A DNA stretch of 64,000 nucleotides from a virus. The translations under genes and the position numbers were made by a program. Where the stretch lies: the IMG/VR virus record IMGVR_UViG_3300035698_034402, positions 1 through 64,000 of that record, one strand, 5' to 3'. The stretch's first letter is position 1; every line of letters begins with the position of its first letter. Shown piece by piece: positions 48,341 through 59,020 of this stretch. A model generated the notes under the pieces. It made no database searches. It was not told the origin of the DNA and saw only the letters and a list, made by a program, of their open reading frames with translations.

Positions 48341-48759
48341 TACGGGCCGCCGCCAGAGGACTGCTTGATCCAGGAGATGGCTGCCCGTTGACGCGCCATT
48401 ACTCGTTCCGCGAGGCGCTGATTATCAATGAGCTGGCTCGGGAAGAGGGAGTAGAACTCAGCAAGACCATGGCCCAGATGCAGGCCAGCGGTGCCCAGGT
48501 GTTGACTGTCGGAGCTTATGAGAAAGTTTGGTGGAAGCTGTTTGAGCATGCCAGCGATCAGGCCTTACTGGCTTATCAAAGAATGGGCCGACTGATGATG
48601 CCCTGGGACCAGAGTTGGAGTGAAGCTCTGGATCGTACGCAACAACGGGTCTATGAAAGAACCAACGAGATCGGCACTACCGGCCTGAGCGATCAGAGCA
48701 TCGTTAAATTGGTCTCGGAATACGAACGGGAAAAACAACGGCGGGAGCGACAGCCCTAG
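48310..48759 (+). CDS. -1 frameshift extension of the tail chaperone
   Basis: -1 frame; TTG start without RBS, inside GGATTTTTGG. Confidence 0.5.
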   Translation: MESSRWGSLLVRAAARGLLDPGDGCPLTRHYSFREALIINELAREEGVELSKTMAQMQASGAQVLTVGAYEKVWWKLFEHASDQALLAYQRMGRLMMPWDQSWSEALDRTQQRVYERTNEIGTTGLSDQSIVKLVSEYEREKQRRERQP

Positions 48760-48760
48760 G

Positions 48761-51700
48761 ATGAATCCAGCCGATCAAGCTCAAATTGACACTCTATTGC
48801 GGGCGCTAGGTCACCAGCCCTTCGGTACGCCGGGCTTCGGACCGGCTTTCGGCGATTTACCTGCTATGTATCCTATGCCGCCGGGGGCCTCGTTCCTGGG
48901 TGGCGGTACTTTCTTTGGCCCTCAGCTTCCCTCTCCACATCACCTATCTTTCGGCGCTGGCCCATTCGGACAATTCGCCGGGATGGCGATGGAAAATACG
49001 ATGGCGGCCCGCGGATACCAGTACTTTCCGCGGGGGGTCAATGTTGGGGATGTGCTGCAAGGCCGTCAGTTTGAGCGGAACATGGAGAGCGTGGCCGGGT
49101 TGGGGCGCGAGTTCGACGAGCAGCGCTGGGCTAGGGTTATCGAGGCCGGGCTAAGCCAGTTTATGGACCGCCGCCCGGCAATGGCCCGGGCTGGCGCGTT
49201 GTCTGAAATGACTGCCGGGCCGATGTCCGCTCTCGGGCTCATGCGCCATTTGCCCGGCGGTTCTGCCGAGGACTTTGCCCGCAACATGTTCCTGGCCACG
49301 CAGAACATGCAGGACTACACCCGGACTACTTACGGGCTGGGACTGCCGGTTGGAGAAGCACAAGGCACGGTGCGCCAACTGATGGACTTCTTCATGCCGG
49401 TGTCTGGTGTCGTTAGCCCTCGACGAACCCGGGGGATGAAACTGGGGGACATCGGACAAATGGGCGCTGCTCTGACCAGTTTCGGCCTATTACGAACTGA
49501 TGTAGAGCCCGGTCAAATTGAAGAAATGGCCAAACAGCTGCAGGTTGATCCAGCAACTCTTACCGCTCCGGAGACGGAAAGACTGCGTGGGGCAGCACGT
49601 GCGACCAACATGGGGCAACAGCTCCGGGCTTACTCCGAGGTCATGGGCACGATGCGGGAGATCATGGGGTCTCCTGATGCTCCGATTCCGCAGATCATGA
49701 ATCAGCTTCAGCAGCTCACCGGCGGCATGTTCCAACAAATGGATCCCGGGCAATTGCAGAATCTGCTTTACAAGGTCAAGGAGACTGCTCGGGCCACTAA
49801 TGTGTCCATGGATGCGATGATGTTAGTGCTTCAGGAGGGGTCCAACATGGCCCAGCAGATGGGTTTACCGGGGCTGTCCGGTGCTCAGATGACTTTGGGG
49901 GCCGTCGGCGCTACGGTAGCCGCTCAAACGGTAACTACCGGGCCGTTCCCCGGCCGTATGGACCCGATGGAGCATTTGAACTTGCAGAATCAGATGATGG
50001 CCCGCGGGCGAGTGTCCCCCGCGGCGCGGGTCAATGTCCAGATTATGCAAATGTTGGAAGAGGTCGAGGCAGGATCGACTTTAACGCCTACAGAGCAGAC
50101 TGTAGTTAATCAATTGAGACAACGGGCCGGAGTCGGGGAGTTCGACGAACGGAATTGGGGAGAGGCCGCTGGACTGCTTGAGCAATTGAACATATCGCCT
50201 GCGCAGTCTATGCGGCGGATGCGTAGTAATGTCGGTGTACAACCTTGGCTGATGGAGCACCCTGACTTCGATACGGTAATCCGCGGTCGGTCATACGGAG
50301 AAACCGAAGAAGATTATTTTCAGGAGCTGCGATTGAATTTCGCTAGGGGAGGCACCGGCGATGTCCACGAGGAACTGGCACGTGCTGCCGTAACAAACAA
50401 CATGAGCGTGGCAGATTTGGTTAATCAATTGGGCACTGCAGTCTTCGAGAGCGGGTCTGGCGAAATCGGGGAGATGCGGAACTGGCTGACTAATCAAGGA
50501 ATAGACTTGCAAGATATCAATTTGGAGAGATTCTACGGCGAGGCCGAATCACAAGGGGGAGTACAGTCAGTTTATCGAAAACGTTCGATAACCAAGGGGC
50601 GGCGCCAGTTTGCTCAAATGTTCGGGAGAAAGGGACGGCGGGCCGCTACGGAGATGGCCCGGGTTCGTGATCAGGGGGTAGCGGGGCAGAAACTATTGTC
50701 GGACATCAACGCCGAGTTCCGGGGTGGGGCGTTGGAAAGGGTCATGGGAGCGATCGCTGGAGGGGCAGGCGCTCGGGGCACTGCCTTGCAGCGGATCGAG
50801 GCGATATCCATGGCCGCATTCGGCTTCAAGTCCACCGAGGAGCTTCAACAAGCAGTCGGTAAAGACTGGGTTAGAGATATGACCAACTTGAACACTCGGC
50901 TGCAAGAGCTGCAGGGCAGTAATAATCCGGAAGACATTAGAGAAGCGGATAAAATTCGGGAGGAAATGAGGGATCTTAATGTGCGCGCGAAGGATCTCGC
51001 TCCAGGAGGGCTCTACGCTGGACTGGACCGCACCCGAGGTGCTCGGCAGGTTCTGGAAGAGCTGGACCAGGATGCAATAGATGCGGCGAGGACCTTGGCT
51101 GACGATACCAATACCGACCAGGAGCGCATCCAAGCCGCTCAGCTGCTGACGGGGCGCATGGGAGAGATCGACTCCGAGGCTTACGAAGCCATGGCCGGGG
51201 AGATGCGCGGCCCTGGCGGCAAAGCTTTTCGTCACATGACCGGGATAGTTCAAGCGGACGTCTGGAGTTTGCGGGGCAGGTTACGGCAGTTGGATGACCC
51301 CAATCTCACCGATGACGAACGCAAACAAATGACCAGGGAAATCCTGGGTGAAGCTTCGAGGACCGTAGGATACGGAGCGCAGGAAATCAGGGCGGCTGCA
51401 AGGTCGCAGGAACGTAGCTTGCGGGGGCGGGCGCGGTTGCAGCCGCAGTCGCTGCGCGGTCGGGCCGCGTTGTATAACGAATTCATGCAGAGCTACAACG
51501 AGTTTTTGAACGCCGATCCGGACAAGGCTATCGATGCTACCAGGCGCCTGGTCGATATGAGTTTCGATACTGATGCCTTATTTACTATGACGCCCGAGGG
51601 GGAGATTGTACCCGATGAGAATCTGATCAAGCAGCTTACTTTCATGAACGAGGATGTTTACGGCAAGAGGGAGGCGTCTGCAAAGTACGCCAATAAAGTG

Positions 51701-52456
51701 CGGAATAATCTTACCCGCATGCTCGAAATTCAACAGACGTTGAAGCTTGCTCCCCTTCTTGATATGTCGCCTGAGTCTATTGCAGATCTGCAGGAAGAGA
51801 TGAAGAAGTTAGGCACGATTGACGGTAAGCCGATAAATCTCAGGGCTCTTCCGGGGATGGATGAGCAGACACAGGAGGAGTATCGCGTGGGCCTCGGCGC
51901 TGGTGGCGCAATTAAGGGACAGATCGAGGCACTTGAACAGCTTTTGGATACCCCGATTCCGAAAGGCAAGGAGTCTGCTGCTCGACAGGCCCGGGCTCTA
52001 GGACGCATGGTCAGTGTCATGGCGAAGGATAAGCGGTTATACGGTGACAAAGGCCTGCTTACGAAAAAAGCTAAGGGAGTTATTTTCGGGAAATATTCTG
52101 AAGACGGAGAGCTGGTCGATCCGGACCGGGCATTTGCGCTTATACAGCAATTTGAGGAGATTGGACAGCTGGGACAGCAAGGGATGTCCACGCAGGAACA
52201 GGGTAAGGCTTTGTCAAGTATGCTGAAGGAATGGCAGGCCGAAGACGAAGCTGCTAAGCCGGACAAAGGCAAAGACGGCAAGGGCGGAAAAGGGCAGATC
52301 GAAATAAAGTTCATGCGTGGAGGAGAGGAAATTACAGATTCGCTTGTTGTCGAAGTCGGGGCTGGAGGAGAGGAAAATGTCGGGCGTGAGGCCACGCAGA
52401 CTGGTAGTCGAACGGCGCAGATTTTCGGTCCGTTGCTGGGCAGCCTTGGTTTTTGA
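48761..52456 (+). CDS. putative tape measure protein
   Basis: 1231-aa helical Gln/Met/Ala-rich ORF following the chaperone pair. Confidence 0.65.
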   Translation: MNPADQAQIDTLLRALGHQPFGTPGFGPAFGDLPAMYPMPPGASFLGGGTFFGPQLPSPHHLSFGAGPFGQFAGMAMENTMAARGYQYFPRGVNVGDVLQGRQFERNMESVAGLGREFDEQRWARVIEAGLSQFMDRRPAMARAGALSEMTAGPMSALGLMRHLPGGSAEDFARNMFLATQNMQDYTRTTYGLGLPVGEAQGTVRQLMDFFMPVSGVVSPRRTRGMKLGDIGQMGAALTSFGLLRTDVEPGQIEEMAKQLQVDPATLTAPETERLRGAARATNMGQQLRAYSEVMGTMREIMGSPDAPIPQIMNQLQQLTGGMFQQMDPGQLQNLLYKVKETARATNVSMDAMMLVLQEGSNMAQQMGLPGLSGAQMTLGAVGATVAAQTVTTGPFPGRMDPMEHLNLQNQMMARGRVSPAARVNVQIMQMLEEVEAGSTLTPTEQTVVNQLRQRAGVGEFDERNWGEAAGLLEQLNISPAQSMRRMRSNVGVQPWLMEHPDFDTVIRGRSYGETEEDYFQELRLNFARGGTGDVHEELARAAVTNNMSVADLVNQLGTAVFESGSGEIGEMRNWLTNQGIDLQDINLERFYGEAESQGGVQSVYRKRSITKGRRQFAQMFGRKGRRAATEMARVRDQGVAGQKLLSDINAEFRGGALERVMGAIAGGAGARGTALQRIEAISMAAFGFKSTEELQQAVGKDWVRDMTNLNTRLQELQGSNNPEDIREADKIREEMRDLNVRAKDLAPGGLYAGLDRTRGARQVLEELDQDAIDAARTLADDTNTDQERIQAAQLLTGRMGEIDSEAYEAMAGEMRGPGGKAFRHMTGIVQADVWSLRGRLRQLDDPNLTDDERKQMTREILGEASRTVGYGAQEIRAAARSQERSLRGRARLQPQSLRGRAALYNEFMQSYNEFLNADPDKAIDATRRLVDMSFDTDALFTMTPEGEIVPDENLIKQLTFMNEDVYGKREASAKYANKVRNNLTRMLEIQQTLKLAPLLDMSPESIADLQEEMKKLGTIDGKPINLRALPGMDEQTQEEYRVGLGAGGAIKGQIEALEQLLDTPIPKGKESAARQARALGRMVSVMAKDKRLYGDKGLLTKKAKGVIFGKYSEDGELVDPDRAFALIQQFEEIGQLGQQGMSTQEQGKALSSMLKEWQAEDEAAKPDKGKDGKGGKGQIEIKFMRGGEEITDSLVVEVGAGGEENVGREATQTGSRTAQIFGPLLGSLGF

Positions 52457-52465
52457 GTAGTCATC

Positions 52466-53047
52466 ATGGACCTCTTTCATCGTGATCAGGTCAGCGCAGG
52501 GACCCTGAGTGTCTTTACCCTGCCTCAAGTGCGGGGGCAGGCTAAGCTGTTCTTCTTCAACCAGCCTGCGCCTCGGGGCAATACCTTTGTGCCCGGCGCG
52601 ATTATTACCAATGTGCAGTACGGACAGCAGACCAATACTCAATTTCAACAGAGCCTGGATAACACCATCTACGTCTATTCCTTCGGGGACCAGATGGGCA
52701 ACGTGACGATCTCCGGGCTGGCCTTTCCGCGGATATGCTCCGGTGACGAAAACGGTCTCCGGGAAGTGCTGGAGTTCTATCGTGCTCATCGGGTATCCCG
52801 GAACGTTGAACGGGTGCGAGTTACTTTCGCGGACGAGATTATCGAAGGGTTTCTGGTCAGTATCTCCATGACCACGGCGGACGTCGCTTCTGGAGTGCAC
52901 AACTTTCAGCTGGGCCTGCGGACCATTCCGTTGGCATTTCAACGCGGCAGTGGAGCTGGTTACGCCGCTTTAACAGGGTCCCCCGAAGACACCCGCCGCT
53001 ATTTTAATGAGCGTGACACTTCGTCGACTGAGGGCGCGGCAACATGA
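52466..53047 (+). CDS. putative tube initiator/baseplate protein
   Basis: Tube-like beta pattern (IYVYSFGD..G..TISG); follows the tape measure gene. Confidence 0.5.
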   Translation: MDLFHRDQVSAGTLSVFTLPQVRGQAKLFFFNQPAPRGNTFVPGAIITNVQYGQQTNTQFQQSLDNTIYVYSFGDQMGNVTISGLAFPRICSGDENGLREVLEFYRAHRVSRNVERVRVTFADEIIEGFLVSISMTTADVASGVHNFQLGLRTIPLAFQRGSGAGYAALTGSPEDTRRYFNERDTSSTEGAAT

Positions 53048-53844
53048 TCAACCATGCGCGGACTTTGCTGTTAAACCGCCCGGGCGGAAAGCAGAATTTA
53101 ACCGAACTCGGTGAGGAATTTATCCCTTCCGACTTCGCGGCCCAGGACTTAGTGCCTTGGATGGCGGATTATCGTCGGGTGCTGCTGGGCGCTGATCCGG
53201 GGCACGTTTATGCCAATTTCCAGCTGGCTCGTTTGTTGCGAGCTGTTCATGCGACGGAGTATGAGCCCTATTTGACTCTGTTCGACGAACGCTTGACTTA
53301 CGATCCGCGGGCTGCGGGTCCATTTGCTGAGGCGCAGTACGGGCTGAACTGGAGTAGCAGCGCCGGGAAGGTGACCGAGATCAACCGGATCGGCGATATC
53401 GTGGCAGACGAAGAGCGCGGGCGTATGCAGCAGCGTTGGACGATCTCCATGACCGATGGCGAAGTTACAGTTTATAACGTTGCGACCGGGCAGTCTCGTA
53501 CTGCTTCGGTTTACCGGGCCGCTGGGGCATCTTCGGCAATAACTCTACCCGGCAGCGATCTTCAATTGGTACTTACTGTCGGGACATCTGTCCTATCGGA
53601 GTGGACTGATGATTTAATGGTGGAAGTATTAGCACGCCCTACGCGGGAGTTGCACGAAGTGGCAGGGCGCCTGGAAAGCCTGCGTCAGCATGAGCGTACC
53701 TTATTCGGTACACAGTCCCAGCAACCTTATCTGACGTTCTACGGGCTGTGGCAAACCAGCAAGGTATTACCTGAGCGCCTTGCTGGCCTGTTGCTAGCCT
53801 TGATCTACCGGCTACACGCCCATCGCACCGGGAGTACCGCATGA
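53044..53844 (+). CDS. baseplate-region hypothetical protein
   Basis: ATGA-coupled at both ends. Confidence 0.6.
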   Translation: MINHARTLLLNRPGGKQNLTELGEEFIPSDFAAQDLVPWMADYRRVLLGADPGHVYANFQLARLLRAVHATEYEPYLTLFDERLTYDPRAAGPFAEAQYGLNWSSSAGKVTEINRIGDIVADEERGRMQQRWTISMTDGEVTVYNVATGQSRTASVYRAAGASSAITLPGSDLQLVLTVGTSVLSEWTDDLMVEVLARPTRELHEVAGRLESLRQHERTLFGTQSQQPYLTFYGLWQTSKVLPERLAGLLLALIYRLHAHRTGSTA

Positions 53845-55673
53845 CTGCCCTCGATGAAACCACCACTACTACGGTGTATGCCGGTATCCGGGGGCGGGTA
53901 CTGCTGACCAAAGTAGACCCTTCCGGGGAAATTACTGGGACAGCCGAAGAATTGCCTATGTCTTCGATCCAGGCGACTTTCCTGGTCAATACCTTCCCCC
54001 GTGCTCAGATTCTCATTCCAGTGGGAAAACCGGCGGACAGTGCTTCTAAAGCTGATGTGATAAAAGCTCGCGAATTAGCGGAGAAGCTGAAGACTTTCCA
54101 AACGATTGAATGTTTTGTCACTATCTCCGGGGAGTTTGCGCCGGGGGTCCGCTGGCCACAAGACGATATCAGGGTGTTTAATGGTTACGTCACCGGCACC
54201 AGCACTACGCGGGCTACCGGGGTAATCAGCGTGCTGGTCGAAGCTACGCATTGGCTGATGGATCTGGACGCCTCCAGCGCGTTGAGTTCTGTGTTCGTCT
54301 CGGGCGCTCCGGTGTCCTTTAATCTTCCGGCAGCCGGTAACAACGCCGGAAGCCAGGTAGGCGAGATTCTCGATCCTGATTTAGTGGATATCGGAGAGAA
54401 TGTTTGGCTTGCGGCTATCAAACCCAAATTCGTTGCCTTGTGTAAAACGGCGGCCTTGGAGACGCGGCTGAAATGCGCTCCTACAGGGGTCCGAGCGGAA
54501 GCAGCAATGTCCAACGATATCGCTTTGCCACGACTCGACGGATCAGGCAATGGGCGTTTCGACAATAAAGCAGTAGTCGATGTACCTGATCTCGCTTTTA
54601 TTGTAGAGCTGGACCAGATGTTGGAAGGCTCGGCAACCAAGCATGCAGGAGTGTTAATCTACAGCGGCGCTTATGGTAACGCTACATTTTGGGACCAGCT
54701 AACCCGTTTGGCCGCCATGTTTCATTTCACGATTATTCCTACGATAGACTCCGCCGTGTGTGCGCCCTTGTCCAACTGCGTTGCGGGTACCGACGTACCG
54801 CGGCACGTTACTATCAAAGCTAACGAATATCATCAGATGCAGCCGAGTCAGGGGGTGTTTCGGTTGCGCCGGGGCTTGTCCATTCACGGCAACTCTACGT
54901 CGCCTTGGGGATCTGGCGATGTAACCTTAGTGCCGATAATGGAGACCGGGGGGCAGGTCCGGCGGAAAGTGATCCCTTACGAGTTTTCCGACGGTTGCTA
55001 CATCGCGGAGAACGATCCTGATTTACCTGCTGATGTAAAGAAGGCCGCGCGTAAGGGGGCAATGTACTACGATTCGGCGCCGGACTGGCTGGAGGATAAG
55101 GGGATGCAGGCTATATTAAACCGAAAGCAAACCGACCCTCCGCGTAATCCGACGACTACTGCTCAAGATGTCGAAACTGAGGAAGGTGAATCGACGGAAG
55201 AGGAGACAGCAGGACAAGCGGCCGCGGTTAAGAAGGACGCTGCTAAGTGCAAGGAGCTGGGCGACGCTTATGCCAAGTGGCGCTACTGGTACGATCAGCT
55301 GCTGCCGCGGACCGGGCAGCTGGTAGGCAAGCTGCGCTTCGACATTGCTCCGGGTTCAATTGTGAGGATCGAAGATCTCGACGGTAAACTGTATGATGAT
55401 CCGGCGGCGTTTGGCTATCTGTATGCCTGCGTGACCGCGGTGCGGTTTACCATCGATGCGGTCAATGCCAAGGCCTCTACGATGTTCGGGTTAAGCCATG
55501 TTCGCCGGGAAAGCGAGAAGCAGATGGGTACCGATCGGCATCCTCTTTATGAGGACCGTTGGGTCGGCACCGTTCTGCAACAGGTAAACATGGTCGCTGG
55601 GGGCGCGGGTCCGGGCGCGGCGCAGGCCACGTTCGTCCCGTCCGTCGGCAAACACGAGCATAATCCACAGTGA
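53841..55673 (+). CDS. putative baseplate hub protein (gp27/gpD-like)
   Basis: VFNGYVT, G.LRFDIAPGS.V.I and VTAV motifs. Confidence 0.55.
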   Translation: MTALDETTTTTVYAGIRGRVLLTKVDPSGEITGTAEELPMSSIQATFLVNTFPRAQILIPVGKPADSASKADVIKARELAEKLKTFQTIECFVTISGEFAPGVRWPQDDIRVFNGYVTGTSTTRATGVISVLVEATHWLMDLDASSALSSVFVSGAPVSFNLPAAGNNAGSQVGEILDPDLVDIGENVWLAAIKPKFVALCKTAALETRLKCAPTGVRAEAAMSNDIALPRLDGSGNGRFDNKAVVDVPDLAFIVELDQMLEGSATKHAGVLIYSGAYGNATFWDQLTRLAAMFHFTIIPTIDSAVCAPLSNCVAGTDVPRHVTIKANEYHQMQPSQGVFRLRRGLSIHGNSTSPWGSGDVTLVPIMETGGQVRRKVIPYEFSDGCYIAENDPDLPADVKKAARKGAMYYDSAPDWLEDKGMQAILNRKQTDPPRNPTTTAQDVETEEGESTEEETAGQAAAVKKDAAKCKELGDAYAKWRYWYDQLLPRTGQLVGKLRFDIAPGSIVRIEDLDGKLYDDPAAFGYLYACVTAVRFTIDAVNAKASTMFGLSHVRRESEKQMGTDRHPLYEDRWVGTVLQQVNMVAGGAGPGAAQATFVPSVGKHEHNPQ

Positions 55674-56392
55674 AGCCGAATCCCATAGATCCGCTCAAAA
55701 CGTCAGATGAAGTTGCAGATCCCTACGACGTCTGGCAGCGCTACCCCACTTCTACGAACTTGCAGCGAGTGCTGACTACCCTGAATCCTACGATCAACTC
55801 CGCGTTGACCACTTATGCAGGTAGCCAGAGTTCCCCACTGGTTCGCGGACGGGCTAAGACGTTAGCTGTTGGAGCGGTTAAGAACTACGATCGACAGCGT
55901 GGAGCTTCGTTGTCGACTCATGTGATGTCTCAGCTGCACCCGCTGACCCGTTATGCTGCACAAGCTTCTCAGCCGATGAAGATGTCTGAACGCCGCATGC
56001 GCCAGCTTTCCTCGTTGAGGCGGGTCGAAGAGGATTTTTACGATCGGCATGGACGGGACCCGTCGGACATTGAATTGGCTGATCGTTTGGGGCTGAGCAT
56101 GCGCCGGATCGGGCGTATTCGTGCCTACGCTACGCCAATTATAGGCGCCGAGGCGTCCGCCGGAGAGGCTGACCCGGTAACTGCCCGCCCGGATCCTATG
56201 GACGTTTGGGCCGACTACGTGTATTACGATCTGGATCCGATAAATCGGAAGATCTTGGATTGGAAAATGGGACGCAGCGGGCAGCCGGTTCTGCGTAACG
56301 TGGAGATCGCCCGGCGGCTGCAGATTTCGCCCGTCGCGATAACCAAGCGGGTCGCTAGAATTCAGCAAAAACTCATGGAGGGAATGGGCTGA
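55670..56392 (+). CDS. sigma-70 family factor (FliA/SigF-like size)
   Basis: Region 2 AVKNYD..RGASLSTH; region 3 GRDPSDIELADRLGLS; region 4 HTH EIARRLQIS. Confidence 0.8.
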   Translation: MKPNPIDPLKTSDEVADPYDVWQRYPTSTNLQRVLTTLNPTINSALTTYAGSQSSPLVRGRAKTLAVGAVKNYDRQRGASLSTHVMSQLHPLTRYAAQASQPMKMSERRMRQLSSLRRVEEDFYDRHGRDPSDIELADRLGLSMRRIGRIRAYATPIIGAEASAGEADPVTARPDPMDVWADYVYYDLDPINRKILDWKMGRSGQPVLRNVEIARRLQISPVAITKRVARIQQKLMEGMG

Positions 56393-56880
56393 TGTATGAC
56401 GTAATTCAGAAATTCCAGGAGCGCTTGGACGAGTTAAAAGGTGATTGCCAGGAACTAGCTGGCGGGCTCCGTGGAATAGCTCAGCCGCGCTGGATGTTTT
56501 CTGGAAAGGACGGGGATACGGTCAAACCAGGCCGTTTCGATTTTGCCGGGGTTCATGCGCTCTTCGACCGTTCTGAGGCTGCAGACACTTACATGGAAGC
56601 GATCGAGGAGTCTACTGCAGCAGTTGAAGCGGGCGAGGACTCTAAGCGCACCAAGCAAGAACTAGCTATCGCCAAGTTCCAGAGTGATTACCTATCCGGC
56701 ATGGAGCGCGATTTTTTCATGCGTAAACGCAGCCGTGTACGGATGTTGGCCCACGAAGCGACTGCGCGAAAGCACGCGGGCTCGGGAGCGGGAGTGTTCC
56801 AATCCTGTATTTTGGCTTATTTACAAACTCAGGCCCAGCGAGCGAGCGGGAGCGCCGGTAATGGCAACAGCGACTCGTGA
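56392..56880 (+). CDS. hypothetical protein
   Basis: TGATG-coupled to the sigma gene. Confidence 0.65.
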   Translation: MYDVIQKFQERLDELKGDCQELAGGLRGIAQPRWMFSGKDGDTVKPGRFDFAGVHALFDRSEAADTYMEAIEESTAAVEAGEDSKRTKQELAIAKFQSDYLSGMERDFFMRKRSRVRMLAHEATARKHAGSGAGVFQSCILAYLQTQAQRASGSAGNGNSDS

Positions 56881-57334
56881 CTATACCGGCCGCTCGGTCG
56901 ACCTCTTTATTATGCAAGGCGCTGAAGAGACCGGCATGCGAAGAATCTCTCCCGGCCTGGGCGGAGAGGACGGCGGGCAAGTCACTGCGGGCGCTCAGAA
57001 GGCTGCCCAATTTTTTGCAGTTGTTTTCCTGACGGAAAGGGGGACGGCTGCTCATGACGAGGAATTCGGCACTAACTTCCTGTCTAGTCTGCGGCGCTCG
57101 AACCTGTTGGATTCTCAACTACAGCTGGCCTTTCGGGAGGCTGTGCAGGATGTGTTAAATCAGCAGGATAGTTACCGCCAGAGTGGAGATCCGGACGATG
57201 AAATTCTGGCGGATGCCGAGTTGACGAGTTTCGCGACACCCAGCCCCGCTGAACTGCAGCTGACCGTGCAGTTGATTACGGTGGCAGGTGCTCAACGTAC
57301 GATAATTCTTCCGGTCTCTTTGGCGATTCAGTGA
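56861..57334 (+). CDS. baseplate wedge protein (gp25/W-like)
   Basis: LTERGT....EFGT motif; precedes the J-like gene. Confidence 0.6.
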   Translation: MATATRDYTGRSVDLFIMQGAEETGMRRISPGLGGEDGGQVTAGAQKAAQFFAVVFLTERGTAAHDEEFGTNFLSSLRRSNLLDSQLQLAFREAVQDVLNQQDSYRQSGDPDDEILADAELTSFATPSPAELQLTVQLITVAGAQRTIILPVSLAIQ

Positions 57335-57335
57335 T

Positions 57336-58994
57336 ATGTTAGCTATCAGCGATTTGACGACTACGGACGTGGCGCAGGCGGAGCTGGCCCTGGTAGAATT
57401 CCTTCAGGATGAATATCCCAGCCTGGATCTGTCTAAAGGCCGCGTACTGCGCGACTTGCTCATTCGCCCGGCGGCGATGTTCTATACACTCAACGAAGAG
57501 AACCTGGATCGCTTACGGCGCTCCATGTCGTTGCAGCAAATCTCTGCGGATCCAACTTTGGCCAACGCCGATATTGTCGACGGAGTGCTGTCCAATTTGC
57601 TGTTAGCCCGTGACACCGGCGCTGCTGCTTCCGGTCAACTGCGGGTCATTGTCACCGCCAGCGTAACCACTCCGGTCGACTCGGACCTGGTTTTTGCAGC
57701 CACAGGGATCAATTATGTTCCGACTCGTGCGTTTGTAGGGGTTACTGACCAGGCTAACGTGGTTAACACGGGTTCGCGATTGATCAGCCAGCGAAGCGAC
57801 GGCAATTATGAGTTTCTGATTGATGTCCAGGCGGAGGACACCGGCGCGGAGGGCAATATTGCCGAGGGCACTCGGTTTACCGTATCTGCGGCCATTCCTC
57901 GATTGATAGACGTCCTCGCGGCCAACGACTTCTCCGGGGGTCGAACCACCGAGAGCAACGCGGTATTAGCTGCAAAAGCGCAACAAGGGCTGAGCCCACG
58001 AGTGCTCAGTGGGCGCAGCCATATCGAGGCGCTGTTGGAGGAGACCTATGACGATCTGCAGGCCGTTTCTATCGTCGGCTTCGGCGACGTGGAAATGACT
58101 CGCGATCGGCACAATCTGTTTTCGCTTAGTAACGGCGGAAAAGTGGATGTCTACGCTCGAACCGCGACGGTGCCTCAGCGGGCGCTGGTGGAAATAACTG
58201 CGACCATGCTGGACAGCGACACTAATACCCTGGCGGTCTCGCTGGACCGAGACACGATGGCTGGAGTTTATGCGGTGTTGGCGGTTTATCGGGAAGGGGC
58301 TACCCCGTTCCAATTGAATAGCGAAAGTGAGCCCTCTCTGCTGGATTCCTTGGATATCACCAGTCGAGTATGGGCGCATAATGCAACGCAAACGGGGGAC
58401 GAATTTGTACCCGATATCGTTAGCGGCAGCGAGGCAGCTTTCACTCGCTACCGGACCATGGTGCTGCAGTTCAAAGATCCTGCTGCAACTTTGGAGGCGG
58501 GCGGTACGGCCATTTATCAGGTATACCTGCTGAAGATGCCGGATATTGCTTCCATGCAGGATTTTGTTAACGCCCGCGATCGGCGGAGCCCGGCCTCCGA
58601 TTATTTAATCCGGGCGCCGGTCCCGGCAATTTGTAGCGTGGGCATTAAAGTGCGAGCGCGGAGCACTGGGGAGGTAGATAGCGACGCGGTGAAGAACGCG
58701 GTGGCCAACCGGATCAATGGTCTAGGCTTTTCTGTGGGGCACCTGCCCGGTTCAGCGATTATCGACGCTGCTCAGGGGCAACTGCCTTCCGATGCGGTGT
58801 TGGATTTGCCGATTAACATGCTGGCCGTGTTGTATCTGCCGGATGGAACTACTCTGGCGCTGACGGGCACGAACGAGCTGCGGGTGCCAAGTACGGCGGG
58901 AGATGCTACAGTGTCGGCGCGGACCGTAGGTTGGTTCCTGCGGACTAGCAATGTTGACGTGAGCGTGGAGGAAATCTCCACGCCGGAAACTTAA
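57336..58994 (+). CDS. baseplate J-like protein
   Basis: A..TG..GNI, SGGR..ESN..L, GG.VDVY. Confidence 0.75.
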   Translation: MLAISDLTTTDVAQAELALVEFLQDEYPSLDLSKGRVLRDLLIRPAAMFYTLNEENLDRLRRSMSLQQISADPTLANADIVDGVLSNLLLARDTGAAASGQLRVIVTASVTTPVDSDLVFAATGINYVPTRAFVGVTDQANVVNTGSRLISQRSDGNYEFLIDVQAEDTGAEGNIAEGTRFTVSAAIPRLIDVLAANDFSGGRTTESNAVLAAKAQQGLSPRVLSGRSHIEALLEETYDDLQAVSIVGFGDVEMTRDRHNLFSLSNGGKVDVYARTATVPQRALVEITATMLDSDTNTLAVSLDRDTMAGVYAVLAVYREGATPFQLNSESEPSLLDSLDITSRVWAHNATQTGDEFVPDIVSGSEAAFTRYRTMVLQFKDPAATLEAGGTAIYQVYLLKMPDIASMQDFVNARDRRSPASDYLIRAPVPAICSVGIKVRARSTGEVDSDAVKNAVANRINGLGFSVGHLPGSAIIDAAQGQLPSDAVLDLPINMLAVLYLPDGTTLALTGTNELRVPSTAGDATVSARTVGWFLRTSNVDVSVEEISTPET

Positions 58995-59020
58995 GGAGTC
59001 GGTGTTCTGGGGGCCGATTT

